Sequence record: DRR723986_7384
Strand: one strand, 5' to 3'
DNA: 64,000 nucleotides
Positions 1 through 9,962 of the stretch are shown here, in pieces; the stretch's first letter is position 1; every line of letters begins with the position of its first letter. The position numbers were made by a program, and so were the translations under genes. The notes beneath the pieces were generated by a model. The model did no database searches and was not told the origin of the DNA. It saw only the letters and a list, made by a program, of their open reading frames with translations.

Positions 1-748
1 ACTGAGAAACGACACCATCTGCTAGCAGATAGACGACTTTCTTACCCGCTGCATTGGCTGCCTCGATGGCTTCTTCGTGCAACTTCGCGCGTTTGCCATG
101 CGCTTGCCCGTTGGGGCCAGCCAGCACAACCATCTGCTCGGTATCGGAGAACGCACTCTTCCAATCTGCACCGCTAATATCGTTGCTCGCTCCAACCTCG
201 ATGATGTGCCTAGCCGTCGCGCCCAGCATTTTGTAAACGTCGCCGATTCCCGGCAATCGAACCAGATCCGTCCGAGGGACCAGGATCTCCTCGACACCAA
301 ACCGCTCTGCGCAAGCCGCTATAGCGGAAGCGGCATCGGTTACCCACGAGACAGACCCCGCCGAAGTACACTCCTTAACAATGACTCGCGCTCGGCTTTC
401 CACCTGGCTTCTCTGCCGGTACGTCGACGCGGCACGCGCGTATGCGAACGCGAGGACACTGGACATCGGCACACCCGACCCATCCTCATGAATCAACTGA
501 CCGCTCGCGTTAAGAATCCCTTTGGCAGCCGTCGATGCCGAATCGGTGGAGACAACGGTATCCAACCACATCCTGGTTTGCTGCCAAGCAGACTGCACTT
601 TCTCAAATGGATGAATGTCTTTTGTGCCGACCTTGCCAATCGCATCCTTTACGTTCTGATACATCTCGGGTTGATGCAGCACGTCTAGGACTTTTTCAAC
701 GGCTGCGGCTGGGAGAAGGTCGTCTAGTCGTTTGGGAATCTTAAACAT
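1..748 (-). CDS. Divergent SelA-like (selenocysteine synthase family, PLP fold type I) protein, 3'-partial
   Basis: Not in the ORF track because it runs off the window. Hand translation from the ATG at 748 is open to the edge: MFKIPKRLDDLLP...GILNASGQLIHEDGSGVPMS...EILVPRTDLVRLPGIGDVYKMLGATARHIIEVGASNDISGADWKSA...VVYLLADG. These blocks are collinear with SelA VINATGVVLHTNLGRAPL / EVIVSRGELVEIGGSF...EVGTTN / DLGSG. Confidence 0.6.
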   Translation of the reverse strand, partial: MFKIPKRLDDLLPAAAVEKVLDVLHQPEMYQNVKDAIGKVGTKDIHPFEKVQSAWQQTRMWLDTVVSTDSASTAAKGILNASGQLIHEDGSGVPMSSVLAFAYARAASTYRQRSQVESRARVIVKECTSAGSVSWVTDAASAIAACAERFGVEEILVPRTDLVRLPGIGDVYKMLGATARHIIEVGASNDISGADWKSAFSDTEQMVVLAGPNGQAHGKRAKLHEEAIEAANAAGKKVVYLLADGVVSQ

Positions 749-898
749 CGTTGTTTTTGCAATCTTCACGCGTGAGGGCTCTAGCGCCACCAAACGGCGG
801 TAGCATCGTGGTCGCTGGTTCGAATGCCGGAGACAGCTCCGATATCCGTGCTGATTGTACCGCCCTAACCGCATTCCGGCAGGCGGTACACAGGTGAC

Positions 899-1939
899 CT
901 ACATTAGCGAGTTGAGCATTCCGACGTACTGCATGCCCATGCGAATCACGATAAACGCCAAGAACATAAGTATGGTGATCCAGATCACGATACCGCATAT
1001 TGCGGCCAGGGCGCTGAGTGCAGACTTGCTTCGTTCTCGATACTGATGCGCTAGATGATCCAGCGATTCGGTCTCAGTACCACTCAGCTCACCAACCTCA
1101 ACCGATTCGATGAACTCATCGGGCAGCACTTCGGAAGCACGAAATGCTTCGCCGAAACTCTTTCCTTTGCCAACCGCTTCGCAAGCCCGATCCATGCCGC
1201 TGATATAGTAATAGTTGCCTGTTGCCAGGAACGACTGCTTCATGCTGCGACGAGCTTCAACGCCGGCGTTTAGCAACATTGAAAGTGTCATGCTAAGTCG
1301 CGCTAGTCCAAGAGTAACCAGGGCGGTACCCAAAGTCGGAATGCGCTGCACCAGAGGCATTAAGGTTCGATGACAGTTGAACCAGTTCTTCCAAAGACCG
1401 TAAGCCACGACGGCGATCGAACCGAAAATCACGGTAACCGTTATGCAATAGCGATAGAAACCGCTAAATCCTTTGAAGCCTAGCGCGGTCGCGTCGTAAG
1501 TGTCTGCACCGGGGGAAATGATGGCTTGGATCAAGATTACCAGTCCGACAATCCCTACTGCCATCACCAGTTGAAAGACGGGCCAGGATATCTTCCCCAG
1601 AAACTCGCCACGCGACTTCTTCAAATCCGAATAGTACTCGCCCATGTATTCGAACATGGATTCAACGCGACCGCCCAACTCACTTGCATGCACCAATTGG
1701 ATCAACAAGGGCGGAAAGTACTTTTTCTCTTCAAGCATCGCTTTGGCAAGCGTATTTCCGCTGCTGACGCGTTCACGGACGCGTTGCATTGCCTCCCGGT
1801 GCTTGGTGTTGGTCGTCTTAGTTTCGTTTTCGAGCAGCTTGAGAATGTCGACACCCGCCTTGAGACCGATGCCCATTCGGCGGCAGAATGCTGCTAGATC
1901 TTTAAGCCTCATTGCCCTAACTCCGAAAACAGCCGGCAA
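899..1939 (-). CDS. Type II secretion system F / PilC family inner-membrane platform protein
   Basis: Two T2SSF repeats (FCRRMGIGLKAGV...ASELGG; LSMLLNAGV...VEVGELSG) with TM helices. The start could be the ATG at 1912. Confidence 0.85.
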   Translation of the reverse strand: MPAVFGVRAMRLKDLAAFCRRMGIGLKAGVDILKLLENETKTTNTKHREAMQRVRERVSSGNTLAKAMLEEKKYFPPLLIQLVHASELGGRVESMFEYMGEYYSDLKKSRGEFLGKISWPVFQLVMAVGIVGLVILIQAIISPGADTYDATALGFKGFSGFYRYCITVTVIFGSIAVVAYGLWKNWFNCHRTLMPLVQRIPTLGTALVTLGLARLSMTLSMLLNAGVEARRSMKQSFLATGNYYYISGMDRACEAVGKGKSFGEAFRASEVLPDEFIESVEVGELSGTETESLDHLAHQYRERSKSALSALAAICGIVIWITILMFLAFIVIRMGMQYVGMLNSLM

Positions 1940-2030
1940 ATACTAGTTCTCACGCTCGTGCAGTCTTTCACAAAGTTGCCAGTGAATTTCTTTGCAATTG
2001 CCCGTGCCTTTAGCTCTAATCGACCTGTAA

Positions 2031-2216
2031 GTGATTCAGAAGGCGGAGGACTATTCTATGATTCGTGGATGCTCAATTACTAGTCGAACCGGAGAGTTTC
2101 GTCAGGAACCGGCACAACGGTTTACGGAAACGATTGCTATTCTTGCTTCTATTGCCGCAGTTGGCTCGATCATCGCCATCATCGTGCTCGCCGCCCGCTC
2201 CATCGGCATCACCTAG
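2031..2216 (+). CDS. Possible small membrane peptide
   Basis: Short ORF ending in one hydrophobic helix (TIAILASIAAVGSIIAIIVLAA), in otherwise empty space. No family recognised. Confidence 0.3.
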   Translation: MIQKAEDYSMIRGCSITSRTGEFRQEPAQRFTETIAILASIAAVGSIIAIIVLAARSIGIT

Positions 2217-2426
2217 GCTTTTGTGGGGCCAAGTCTTGTCGAGGCCGTGGATCTTTTTGCCGAGACGTAATCCGACACGGTGATCGCCGCCTGGCGTGAA
2301 AAGACTTTGTTCATCCGCAGCTACGCAGTGAAACCGTTGTTAACTCTCGCTGAAAGACGCTCCGCGTTTGAGTTCCACAGGAGATGTTCTGTGTAGCTCA
2401 CATCATTCTCTTTAGGAGCAATGCGT

Positions 2427-3830
2427 TCATTTCACACGTTTGCGCCAGTTGCTCCAGGCCTCGCGCTGTTTTTCAAGTACAGCCTTGTACCGTGGATCTG
2501 CGGCAAGGTTGGTCGTCTCGTGGGGATCAACATCCAAGTCATACAATTCCTCCCAGCGGGCTTCTCCACCTTCGATATCATCAGGCTCAAGGTATCGAGC
2601 ATACTTCCAGCGTAGGTCTCGGACTCCTTCACTTGGGGCGATCCTACCTCCTGCTGTAAACCAGTGTTCGTAGAAGAACGACTCGCGCCAGTCATCCGGT
2701 GACTCGCCCTGTGCGATCTCTGCTAGACTTCGGCCCTGCATCCCCGCCGGAGCATCAACTCCCGCTAGCTCGAGAATCGTTGGGGCCATATCAATTCCAA
2801 GCGCCATGTGCTCGGCGCGGCGACCGCCGTTATCAACCCGCGGGTCGTAAATGATCAGCGGCACACGAATCGACACTTCATGCGGCGTCCACTTGCCAGC
2901 GAATCCAAACTCGCCCAAGAAAAATCCGTGATCTGACGTGAAAATGATAATCGTATTCTTCTCAAACCCTTTCTCGCGTAGCGCCTCGCGAATACGGCCT
3001 ACGACAACGTCGACGCCTGTGATCAAACGATAGTAATCCTTTACCGAAAGCTGGAACCTACCGGGGGAGCGAAAACGAACCGCCCATCGATCGCGATTGA
3101 TACTGTCCTTTAGGAAATCCGGCATTCGATCATGATACTGAGCCGCAGACGTGAATGGTTGAGGAATTGTGATATCACTGTAGAGCGACTCGAATGCCTT
3201 ATCCGAAGGAAACTGATCCGAGAGAATGTCCTTGGAGTCCTGACAGTGCGGAGCCTTGAAACTAACGCTAAGATGAAACGGGGTGTTCTTGTCGCAGCCG
3301 TCTAGGAATTCTAACGCTTGATCGCCCATCTTTGCCGTAAGGTGTCGCCCCTTTTTCTTCTTTACGTCGCCTTCAAAATACTCACTCTGTCCTGGAAAAC
3401 CGCGGTTGTAGTCCAGGATTGAATCCGCCTGCTTCGGATTGCCGACGCCCCACTTCCCGATAAATCCGGTTCGATATCCAGCCGAATGCAGGCGTCCGAT
3501 GTAAGTGTTCGCAACTTGCTCGTCCTCGAAGTTGTTGCCAAAGCTCCAAATGCCATGCCGCGCCGCATACTGTCCGGTAAGCACACAAGCGCGGCTGGTC
3601 ATACAGATAGCCGTCGTGACAAACGCATTGTCAAATGAAACCCCCTCACTAGCCAGACTATCCAAGCTTGGCGTCTGGATGATTGGATTCCCATTGCACC
3701 CAAGTGCATCATAGCGTTGATCATCAGTCATCAGGTAGATGATGTTGGGGCGATCTGCAGCTAGCGACTGCGAGGATAAACTCAGCAGGCAAAGTCCCCA
3801 GAGCAGAGTTTTCATTCGAGTGAATAACAT
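2427..3830 (-). CDS. Secreted S1 sulfatase
   Basis: Signal peptide, PNIIYLMTDDQ, ICMTSRACVLTG, GKWG, SDHG, ELYDLDVDPHE. Confidence 0.93.
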   Translation of the reverse strand: MLFTRMKTLLWGLCLLSLSSQSLAADRPNIIYLMTDDQRYDALGCNGNPIIQTPSLDSLASEGVSFDNAFVTTAICMTSRACVLTGQYAARHGIWSFGNNFEDEQVANTYIGRLHSAGYRTGFIGKWGVGNPKQADSILDYNRGFPGQSEYFEGDVKKKKGRHLTAKMGDQALEFLDGCDKNTPFHLSVSFKAPHCQDSKDILSDQFPSDKAFESLYSDITIPQPFTSAAQYHDRMPDFLKDSINRDRWAVRFRSPGRFQLSVKDYYRLITGVDVVVGRIREALREKGFEKNTIIIFTSDHGFFLGEFGFAGKWTPHEVSIRVPLIIYDPRVDNGGRRAEHMALGIDMAPTILELAGVDAPAGMQGRSLAEIAQGESPDDWRESFFYEHWFTAGGRIAPSEGVRDLRWKYARYLEPDDIEGGEARWEELYDLDVDPHETTNLAADPRYKAVLEKQREAWSNWRKRVK

Positions 3831-3884
3831 CTTGATTAACCGTCTTAATACTATTTCCTATCAGGAACACTCGATCGAGTGGAG

Positions 3885-4397
3885 CTACTGCTGCAACGAA
3901 GTGTGATCATGCACGATAACCCACGCTGCGTCTAGTTTTCGCCAAACAAGTGAAAAATTACCTTCGGGCGGCTTTTCACCACCTGTACCATCAAGTCTCC
4001 AGCATCCTAACATGAGGGCAGATCCATCACCCAGCGATTGGACCTCCAAATCCGAGAAAGTCAGCTTGCCCATCTCCGTTGGGGTTGGATACTTCTTTTT
4101 GTACCCATCGCGCGTTGCCTTCCAGCCCCGCCTCACATTACCGCCGGAGCAGAATGTGAGCTTTTCACTTTTCCAATAGGCATCCATGAAGCGGTCGATG
4201 TTTCCAGCGTTCCAAGCTTTGGCTTGACGCTGAACAATTTCGAATAGCTCCCGCTCTAGCGCGGTAGACTCTGGCTGGCCCGTGCTTGCTGATGGCTCAT
4301 CAACAGCGACTGCTACATTCCGGGGCACCGACGCAAGCGTGCCCAGCAGCGTGACGAGCCCAATCGCTACGACGGGGCCTTTAAGTGTTTTGAGCAT
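3885..4397 (-). CDS. NTF2/SnoaL-like (DUF4440/YybH) exported protein
   Basis: QAKAWNAGNIDRFMDAY...FSLVWRK...WVIVHDHTS, with an N-terminal signal. Confidence 0.85.
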   Translation of the reverse strand: MLKTLKGPVVAIGLVTLLGTLASVPRNVAVAVDEPSASTGQPESTALERELFEIVQRQAKAWNAGNIDRFMDAYWKSEKLTFCSGGNVRRGWKATRDGYKKKYPTPTEMGKLTFSDLEVQSLGDGSALMLGCWRLDGTGGEKPPEGNFSLVWRKLDAAWVIVHDHTSLQQ

Positions 4398-4629
4398 AAC
4401 GCCGACGTGATCAACAATTGAAGATGTGCTGGTTAAGGTTCGAGAAGAGACGCATTATAACCAGGCTGGCGTCTTCGGCGTCTGGGGCAGAACATTTCGC
4501 CACAATTGCCATCTGCAAGCAGGCGGCCGCCCAACATGCTGGCATTCTTGCCGCTGAAGCGCTACAGGTGACTCGCTCCTACTATTTGAAAGTGACGCTC
4601 GTTTTCGTCCCCGACACCTGGAGAACAAA

Positions 4630-5418
4630 TTGCCAGAAGGGCACACCATCCACCGAATTGCTCGCGATCACCAAAAGTGGTTTGCTGGTCAGAAACTCGG
4701 CGTCCTATCACCACAGGGACGATTCGAATCCGAAGCCGAAGAGCTATCGGGCAACAAGCTCCTTTCGGTTGATGCCCATGGGAAGCACCTGTTCTATCAC
4801 TGGACGCGTCAGCGAACCGTCCACGTGCACCTCGGGCTATACGGGAAGTTCCGCCTTCACAAGAACCCGCCGCCAGAACCACGCGGCGCGGTGCGAGTCA
4901 GGATACTCGGCAAAGATCGCTCGTTTGATTTGAATGGCCCAAACTGTTGCGAACTAATAGATGCTTCGAAACTATCGTCCATCACCAAACGACTGGGCGA
5001 AGATCCGCTTCGCACCGACGCAAACCCAGGGCGACTTTGGGAACGCATTCAAAAGACGCGTTCGGCGATCGGTTCGGTACTGTTGAATCAGTCGATCATC
5101 GCTGGCGTTGGAAACATCTATCGAAGTGAACTGCTATTCTTACTTGGAATTCATCCCGAGCGGCCAGCCAACGAACTGGACGAGGAAACCTACAATCGCC
5201 TGTGGCAACTAACCACCGAGCTGCTGAGCATCGGCGTCAAGTACAACCGCATTATCACCCGATTTCCCCCAAACCAAACAAAGCCGCTTAGTCGCCTCGG
5301 CTCTGGCGAACGACTGAATATCTACAAGAAGTCCCATTGCCTACAATGCGACAGCCCAATAAAAACCTGGGAACTGGCAAACCGGAAAATATATGCTTGC
5401 CTGAGCTGCCAAACCTAG
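4630..5418 (+). CDS. nei: Fpg/Nei family DNA glycosylase (Nei-like)
   Basis: N-terminal MPEG, HGKHL, HLGLYG, H2TH motif LLNQSIIAGVGNIYRSE, C-terminal CxxC...CxxCQ zinc finger. Confidence 0.92.
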   Translation: MPEGHTIHRIARDHQKWFAGQKLGVLSPQGRFESEAEELSGNKLLSVDAHGKHLFYHWTRQRTVHVHLGLYGKFRLHKNPPPEPRGAVRVRILGKDRSFDLNGPNCCELIDASKLSSITKRLGEDPLRTDANPGRLWERIQKTRSAIGSVLLNQSIIAGVGNIYRSELLFLLGIHPERPANELDEETYNRLWQLTTELLSIGVKYNRIITRFPPNQTKPLSRLGSGERLNIYKKSHCLQCDSPIKTWELANRKIYACLSCQT

Positions 5419-5474
5419 CCGCCCGAACAAAATAACGAACACTTTCATCGCCATACAACCTAGGTCGTTTAAAT

Positions 5475-6029
5475 ATGGAAAACACGCCACTTTCAACTCG
5501 ACTGAGCGGACGCCGCATCCTTTCGTTTGTCGGCGATATCTACGAAGACTTAGAGCTGTGGTATCCCAAACTGCGGTTGATCGAAGAAGGAGCCGAGGTT
5601 GTAGTCGCCGGTCCCGATGCCAAGCAGGTCTACGCCGGCAAGAACGGCTATCCATGCCAATCGGACACTGCATTCTCGCAGTGCGAAGCTAGCAACTTCG
5701 ATGCGCTGCTCGTCCCGGGTGGTTTCATGCCGGACAAGCTGCGTCGCGATCCGAAAGTCTTAGAATTGGTCAAGGAATTCGATGCCAACAAGAAACCGAT
5801 TGCATCGATTTGCCATGGTGGTTGGATTCCGATTTCCGCGGGAGTCTATCGCGGCGTCCGTGTGACAGGCTCACCAGGAATCAAGGACGATTTAGTGAAT
5901 GCAGGTGGCCTGTACGAAGATTCTGCTGTAGTTGTCGACGGACACCACATTAGCAGTCGTCGACCGGATGACTTGCCTCAGTTTAGTCGGGCTTTCATCG
6001 AGGCGATCGCTTCAGCAGCGAAGTCTTAG
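5475..6029 (+). CDS. PfpI/DJ-1 family protein (type 1 glutamine amidotransferase-like)
   Basis: YEDLEL, LLVPGGFMPD, ASICHGG nucleophile elbow, SSRRPDDL. Confidence 0.92.
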   Translation: MENTPLSTRLSGRRILSFVGDIYEDLELWYPKLRLIEEGAEVVVAGPDAKQVYAGKNGYPCQSDTAFSQCEASNFDALLVPGGFMPDKLRRDPKVLELVKEFDANKKPIASICHGGWIPISAGVYRGVRVTGSPGIKDDLVNAGGLYEDSAVVVDGHHISSRRPDDLPQFSRAFIEAIASAAKS

Positions 6030-6043
6030 ACCACCAATACACT

Positions 6044-7255
6044 TTACAGGTTCAACGCGTCGCGAATCACTGGCTCAAAAGCGTCCGCTTGACGGAAGAA
6101 GCCCAAATCGCTCGCGTGCGAACCATCCGTTGCACCATCGCCGTCCTCGCCGTACAAACCGTCGCCAGAAATATAGAACAAATCTTCAATCCCCTCTGCG
6201 GTTAACTGTTCAAAGGCGTTCTTAAGCGCCTGATGATTCGCCGTATGATGAGCTTCCCTGGCCGGCAAAATCCAGCTATTCGTGTTGCGACGGTCTTCCA
6301 CTAAGACGATTGGCACGCTTGGCTTTGCACCTCGAATCTGACGAACAAGCGGAACGCATTTGGCACGCACCATTGTTGCATTCATATTCGGAAGGCAATC
6401 AATGACGTAGGCCGACGCATCAACTTGCACCAGGTAGTCCCCAACAGCCTTGTCCATTCTGCCGTTGCCTGAGAACCCAAGATTAACAACTGGCATGTCG
6501 AATCTGCGGCCTAGAATTGCTGTGTGAACCATCCCAGGCCGACTGGCGCAAGCTCCGTGCGTGATGCTTGTCCCATAGAAGACGATTGGTCGCTCGCGTG
6601 GCGGAAGGAACGCAATCGACTTTCCCTTCTCGACACCAAGGTGCATGAACTCAACACCATTATACAGCGGTAGATAAGCAGCAAACTCCCTTTTGCCCAG
6701 CGCGAGATTGGCCTCCGCAAGATTGCCCGCCAGCTCTACCTTCATTTCCTGTTCAGTCGGCCGCGTAACCTGGACCCACCGCCACTTGCCTTGCGAATCG
6801 CGAGCGTACAAATCGACGCCGCTAACACCGGTGGCTGGCATGTGCGGAAGTGCGAGAGATTTCTTCCTTAGCTTGTAGTGAATATGGATCGCAGTGGCAT
6901 CGGTCATGAATCTGACCATCATTCCGGCGGAGTCGCGACTGAGGGACCAAACGTTCTTCGTCACGTGCCCTTCAGCGGCTTGTGGTAGACGATCAAACCA
7001 GCGATCTCGCGTTGCATTGGGTAGTATCCGGCCTTCGATTTGAGCAGCCGACACGTCGTACCAAGTCAGACCGTCATCAACCTCAGCGTCCTCAGTAGCC
7101 CCTGCATCCTCGTTAGACTCAGGCGCTTCAACGCGTTCACTCGACTGCTGCACAACTGGCGGTGACGCAACAGGAGTTTCCTGCGTCTCGTCCTGTGCAG
7201 TTGCAAGACATGATGTGGAAATCGCGATCAGGAAAAAGAGAGCTTTGGTGTTCAT
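6044..7255 (-). CDS. Secreted SGNH/GDSL hydrolase with GxDLY N-terminal domain
   Basis: GVSGVDLY, FYGTSITHG, NLGFSGNG, DCLPN, DGSHASDLG. The signal peptide begins at ATG 7255 (MNTKALFFL). Confidence 0.88.
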   Translation of the reverse strand: MNTKALFFLIAISTSCLATAQDETQETPVASPPVVQQSSERVEAPESNEDAGATEDAEVDDGLTWYDVSAAQIEGRILPNATRDRWFDRLPQAAEGHVTKNVWSLSRDSAGMMVRFMTDATAIHIHYKLRKKSLALPHMPATGVSGVDLYARDSQGKWRWVQVTRPTEQEMKVELAGNLAEANLALGKREFAAYLPLYNGVEFMHLGVEKGKSIAFLPPRERPIVFYGTSITHGACASRPGMVHTAILGRRFDMPVVNLGFSGNGRMDKAVGDYLVQVDASAYVIDCLPNMNATMVRAKCVPLVRQIRGAKPSVPIVLVEDRRNTNSWILPAREAHHTANHQALKNAFEQLTAEGIEDLFYISGDGLYGEDGDGATDGSHASDLGFFRQADAFEPVIRDALNL

Positions 7256-7282
7256 CGACGTCGATTCTGGCTGTTGGTTGCG

Positions 7283-7312
7283 GTATTGCTCTAAATCGTA
7301 TTGCTCTAAATC
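7283..7312. repeat. Perfect 15-bp tandem direct repeat (GTATTGCTCTAAATC x2)
   Basis: Read directly at 7283-7297 and 7298-7312. Confidence 0.9.
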
Positions 7313-7429
7313 AGTGTCCACGATAACGAAAGACGCCTCGCATGTCAGAAAAAACCAACATGGAGGCGTCATAAATTTCGCTCAACTCGCCCTCCAGTAG
7401 CTACTGCTCTTGGACGGCTACCGTTAAAG

Positions 7430-9154
7430 CTACTTAGACATCTTAGGACGTTGGGGACGATCGGGCTTCTCCGATTGAGCTCGGCCGCCATAGCCGCGTC
7501 CCGCCCCGCCGCCAGAGCCGCCTCGACCACCTCGGCTGAAGAGCGATGCTATTCCCGTCGTGAACTCGGTCTTGGAGATGGCTTCGTCTCCGTCCTTGTC
7601 GAGCGTCTTTAGCTGATCAGCCATTCTGTTGCCGTCTAGCTCGTCGCTGGTCACTTTGCCGTCTTTGTTCCGATCCATGCCATCGAACATGGCGGCTGGG
7701 TCAAAGCGTCCACGACCTCCGCCCGCACCACCGGCACCTCTTCCTCCTGTGCCGCGTCCACCTGCGGCCCCTTGATTTCCGGCAGCTCCAGCGCCACCCT
7801 CAGTCGGTTCAGCCTTGGCAAGCAAGCTAGCGTCTTGCGAAACAGTTTCGTTCTTGTCCTTGATGGCGTACAAGTACTTCTGGCTACGAACCAGCAGTTG
7901 ATTATCGCTAACTGCCGGCGTTCCCCAGAAGATTTCCTTCTCCGACGTAAATCGGTTCAAAGCGATCTGCACAGTCTTCTCACCGAGAGAAAAGACAAAC
8001 ATCTGGCCGCTGCCATTGAGATAGAACAGCCGATCTCCAACCACAATTGGTGACGGGTAATCCAGTGAGCCAAATCGGCCTCCTGTTGCTTCCACGCCCT
8101 TGAGCCGAAGCTGCTCGACTTTCTTGCCCGTTTCAGCGTCAACGACGGTGAGTACATTGCGACTAATGACGTAAAGCTTTTCTTTATGTCGCACCGGTGA
8201 GGCGAAGCTAGCCGAATCGCGACCAGTCCAAACCGTATTTGACTCGCTAACATCCCCCGTCCCGCCAACTTCCAACGCGATGCTCCCACCGCCTCGACCG
8301 GTAAATGCGTAGACTTTCCCTGAGTCTTGCACGACGCTGGCATACGATTGTTCAGCGCCGGTAGCATTGGCATACCAAAGCAATGCACCTGTTTTCGGAT
8401 CCAGCCCCCAAAGCTCCTTAGCGACGCACAAGACTAGCTCTGTTCGGTCACCGGTTTTTACCAGCGATGGCGTGCCCCACATGCCGTCTAGGCCCTTGGC
8501 TTCTTGTCGCCAGATCTCTTCGCCAGAATCCCTGTCAAACCCAATAATCGATTGACTCTCCGCCGACGCGGTGACAATAACAACGTCCTCAAAGACGACT
8601 GGACTTGAGGAGGATCCCCAACGATTCGGATCAGACTCCTTGCCAACGTCAGCTTGCCAAAGCGGCGTGCCATCCATAGCAAATGCGTGAACCCCGCCCT
8701 TGCCAAAGAAGGCGTAAACATTCTTTCCATCCGAGACTGGCGTGTGGGACGCGTAGCCGTGTGCGGTAACGCCGATGCCAGTGTATGGATCCTCTGGCAG
8801 CGACACTGGTACATCTCGTTGCCACAACTTTTTACCACTCGCCGCGTCAACGCAAACCAGATGCCTGACCAGATCTTCAAGCTTCCCAGGATTTTCTTGC
8901 GTGAGGCCGTAACCTGAATAGCAAGTCACGAAAACCTTACCACCAACGACGATAGGACTGGAAGCTCCTGGGCCAGGCAACTCCGTCTTCCATGCCAAGT
9001 TCGCATCAGGGGACCATGTGGACGGTATCATCGAATTCGGTGCTGAAGCATTGCCCAACGGCCCCCGGAATCGCGGCCAATCTTCGCCGCGAGCACCCGA
9101 GAGAATGAGAGCGACGAGCGGTACCGCAGCAACCAAACAAGCCAGACGTTTCAT
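7430..9154 (-). CDS. PQQ-like/BamB-type beta-propeller protein with C-terminal EF-hand pair and Gly/Arg-rich tail
   Basis: EDWPRFRGP, WKTELPGPGASSPI, SHTPVSDG repeats; DRNKDGKVTSDE and DKDGDEAISKTE EF-hands. Start taken at MKRLACL. Confidence 0.88.
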   Translation of the reverse strand: MKRLACLVAAVPLVALILSGARGEDWPRFRGPLGNASAPNSMIPSTWSPDANLAWKTELPGPGASSPIVVGGKVFVTCYSGYGLTQENPGKLEDLVRHLVCVDAASGKKLWQRDVPVSLPEDPYTGIGVTAHGYASHTPVSDGKNVYAFFGKGGVHAFAMDGTPLWQADVGKESDPNRWGSSSSPVVFEDVVIVTASAESQSIIGFDRDSGEEIWRQEAKGLDGMWGTPSLVKTGDRTELVLCVAKELWGLDPKTGALLWYANATGAEQSYASVVQDSGKVYAFTGRGGGSIALEVGGTGDVSESNTVWTGRDSASFASPVRHKEKLYVISRNVLTVVDAETGKKVEQLRLKGVEATGGRFGSLDYPSPIVVGDRLFYLNGSGQMFVFSLGEKTVQIALNRFTSEKEIFWGTPAVSDNQLLVRSQKYLYAIKDKNETVSQDASLLAKAEPTEGGAGAAGNQGAAGGRGTGGRGAGGAGGGRGRFDPAAMFDGMDRNKDGKVTSDELDGNRMADQLKTLDKDGDEAISKTEFTTGIASLFSRGGRGGSGGGAGRGYGGRAQSEKPDRPQRPKMSK

Positions 9155-9505
9155 TTTACAAACCCGTAATTCTGTGGGAAAAAGCGAGCGCCTCGAAAGA
9201 GTCGGACACTCAGTAGGCAAGAACAGTTGTACCAGCGGGCAGGATCTACGCTCCGGGCGGACTGTTCAACCGCGCTCTAGCAGCGCGACGCCACAGAGTA
9301 TACACGTTTTCCGCTTGCTTCTATCTTGGGCTGTGACACCAGCCCCAATAACGCTTCACGCTAGCCATGGCAGATCCATCGAGCCCCCCGCTAGCATTGT
9401 CGCCTCACTGTTTCCGCAGCGCTATACTTCCGCTGTGCAGATTCAGCTCAAAACACAGCATTGGAGCTTGCTTCGTGAGCTAAGCACGTAACCTGCGAGT
9501 ATTCA

Positions 9506-9661
9506 ATGCCTCGAGCGACTCCCACGACGAAGAAAGCAAACCTACCGCAAAAGTCTTGCGCTCGATGCGGTCGAAACTTTTCATGGCGGAAGAAATGGGC
9601 ACGGCATTGGGACGACGTGAAGTACTGTAGCCGACGCTGTAGCGGCCAACGCAAGAAATAA
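9506..9661 (+). CDS. DUF2256 family small Cys-motif protein (51 aa)
   Basis: Below the ORF-track cutoff. Hand translation gives MPRATPTTKKANLPQKSCARCGRNFSWRKKWARHWDDVKYCSRRCSGQRKK, matching LPxKxCxxCGRxFxWRKKW...V.YCSxRC. Confidence 0.9.
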   Translation: MPRATPTTKKANLPQKSCARCGRNFSWRKKWARHWDDVKYCSRRCSGQRKK

Positions 9662-9681
9662 CACGGACTTGGGAAAGAACG

Positions 9682-9942
9682 GTGAGCATAGCCAAACACG
9701 AATTGACACCCAGCGAGGTCGACCGCGTAATCCAAATGGCCTGGGAGGATCGGACCGCGTTTGAGTCCATCCGAGCTCAATTCGGTTTAACGCCTGGGTC
9801 GGTGATCAAACTAATGCGTCGAGAACTCAAGCCATCCTCCTTCAAGTTATGGAGAAAGCGGACCAGCGGTCGTAAGACGAAACACATGAAGCTGAGAGGC
9901 TTTGAAGTAGGACGTTTCCGCTGCCCAACACAGCGCACCTAG
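9682..9942 (+). CDS. TIGR03643 / DUF2805 family protein
   Basis: DRVIQMAWEDRTAFESI...VIKLMRRELKPSSFKLWRKR.SGRKTKH signature. Confidence 0.9.
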   Translation: MSIAKHELTPSEVDRVIQMAWEDRTAFESIRAQFGLTPGSVIKLMRRELKPSSFKLWRKRTSGRKTKHMKLRGFEVGRFRCPTQRT

Positions 9943-9962
9943 ATCAAGAACGCCGGCGAACC

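Noticed and set aside
77-688. 203-aa plus-strand ORF
   Set aside because: Antisense shadow of the minus-strand SelA-like frame; no family features.
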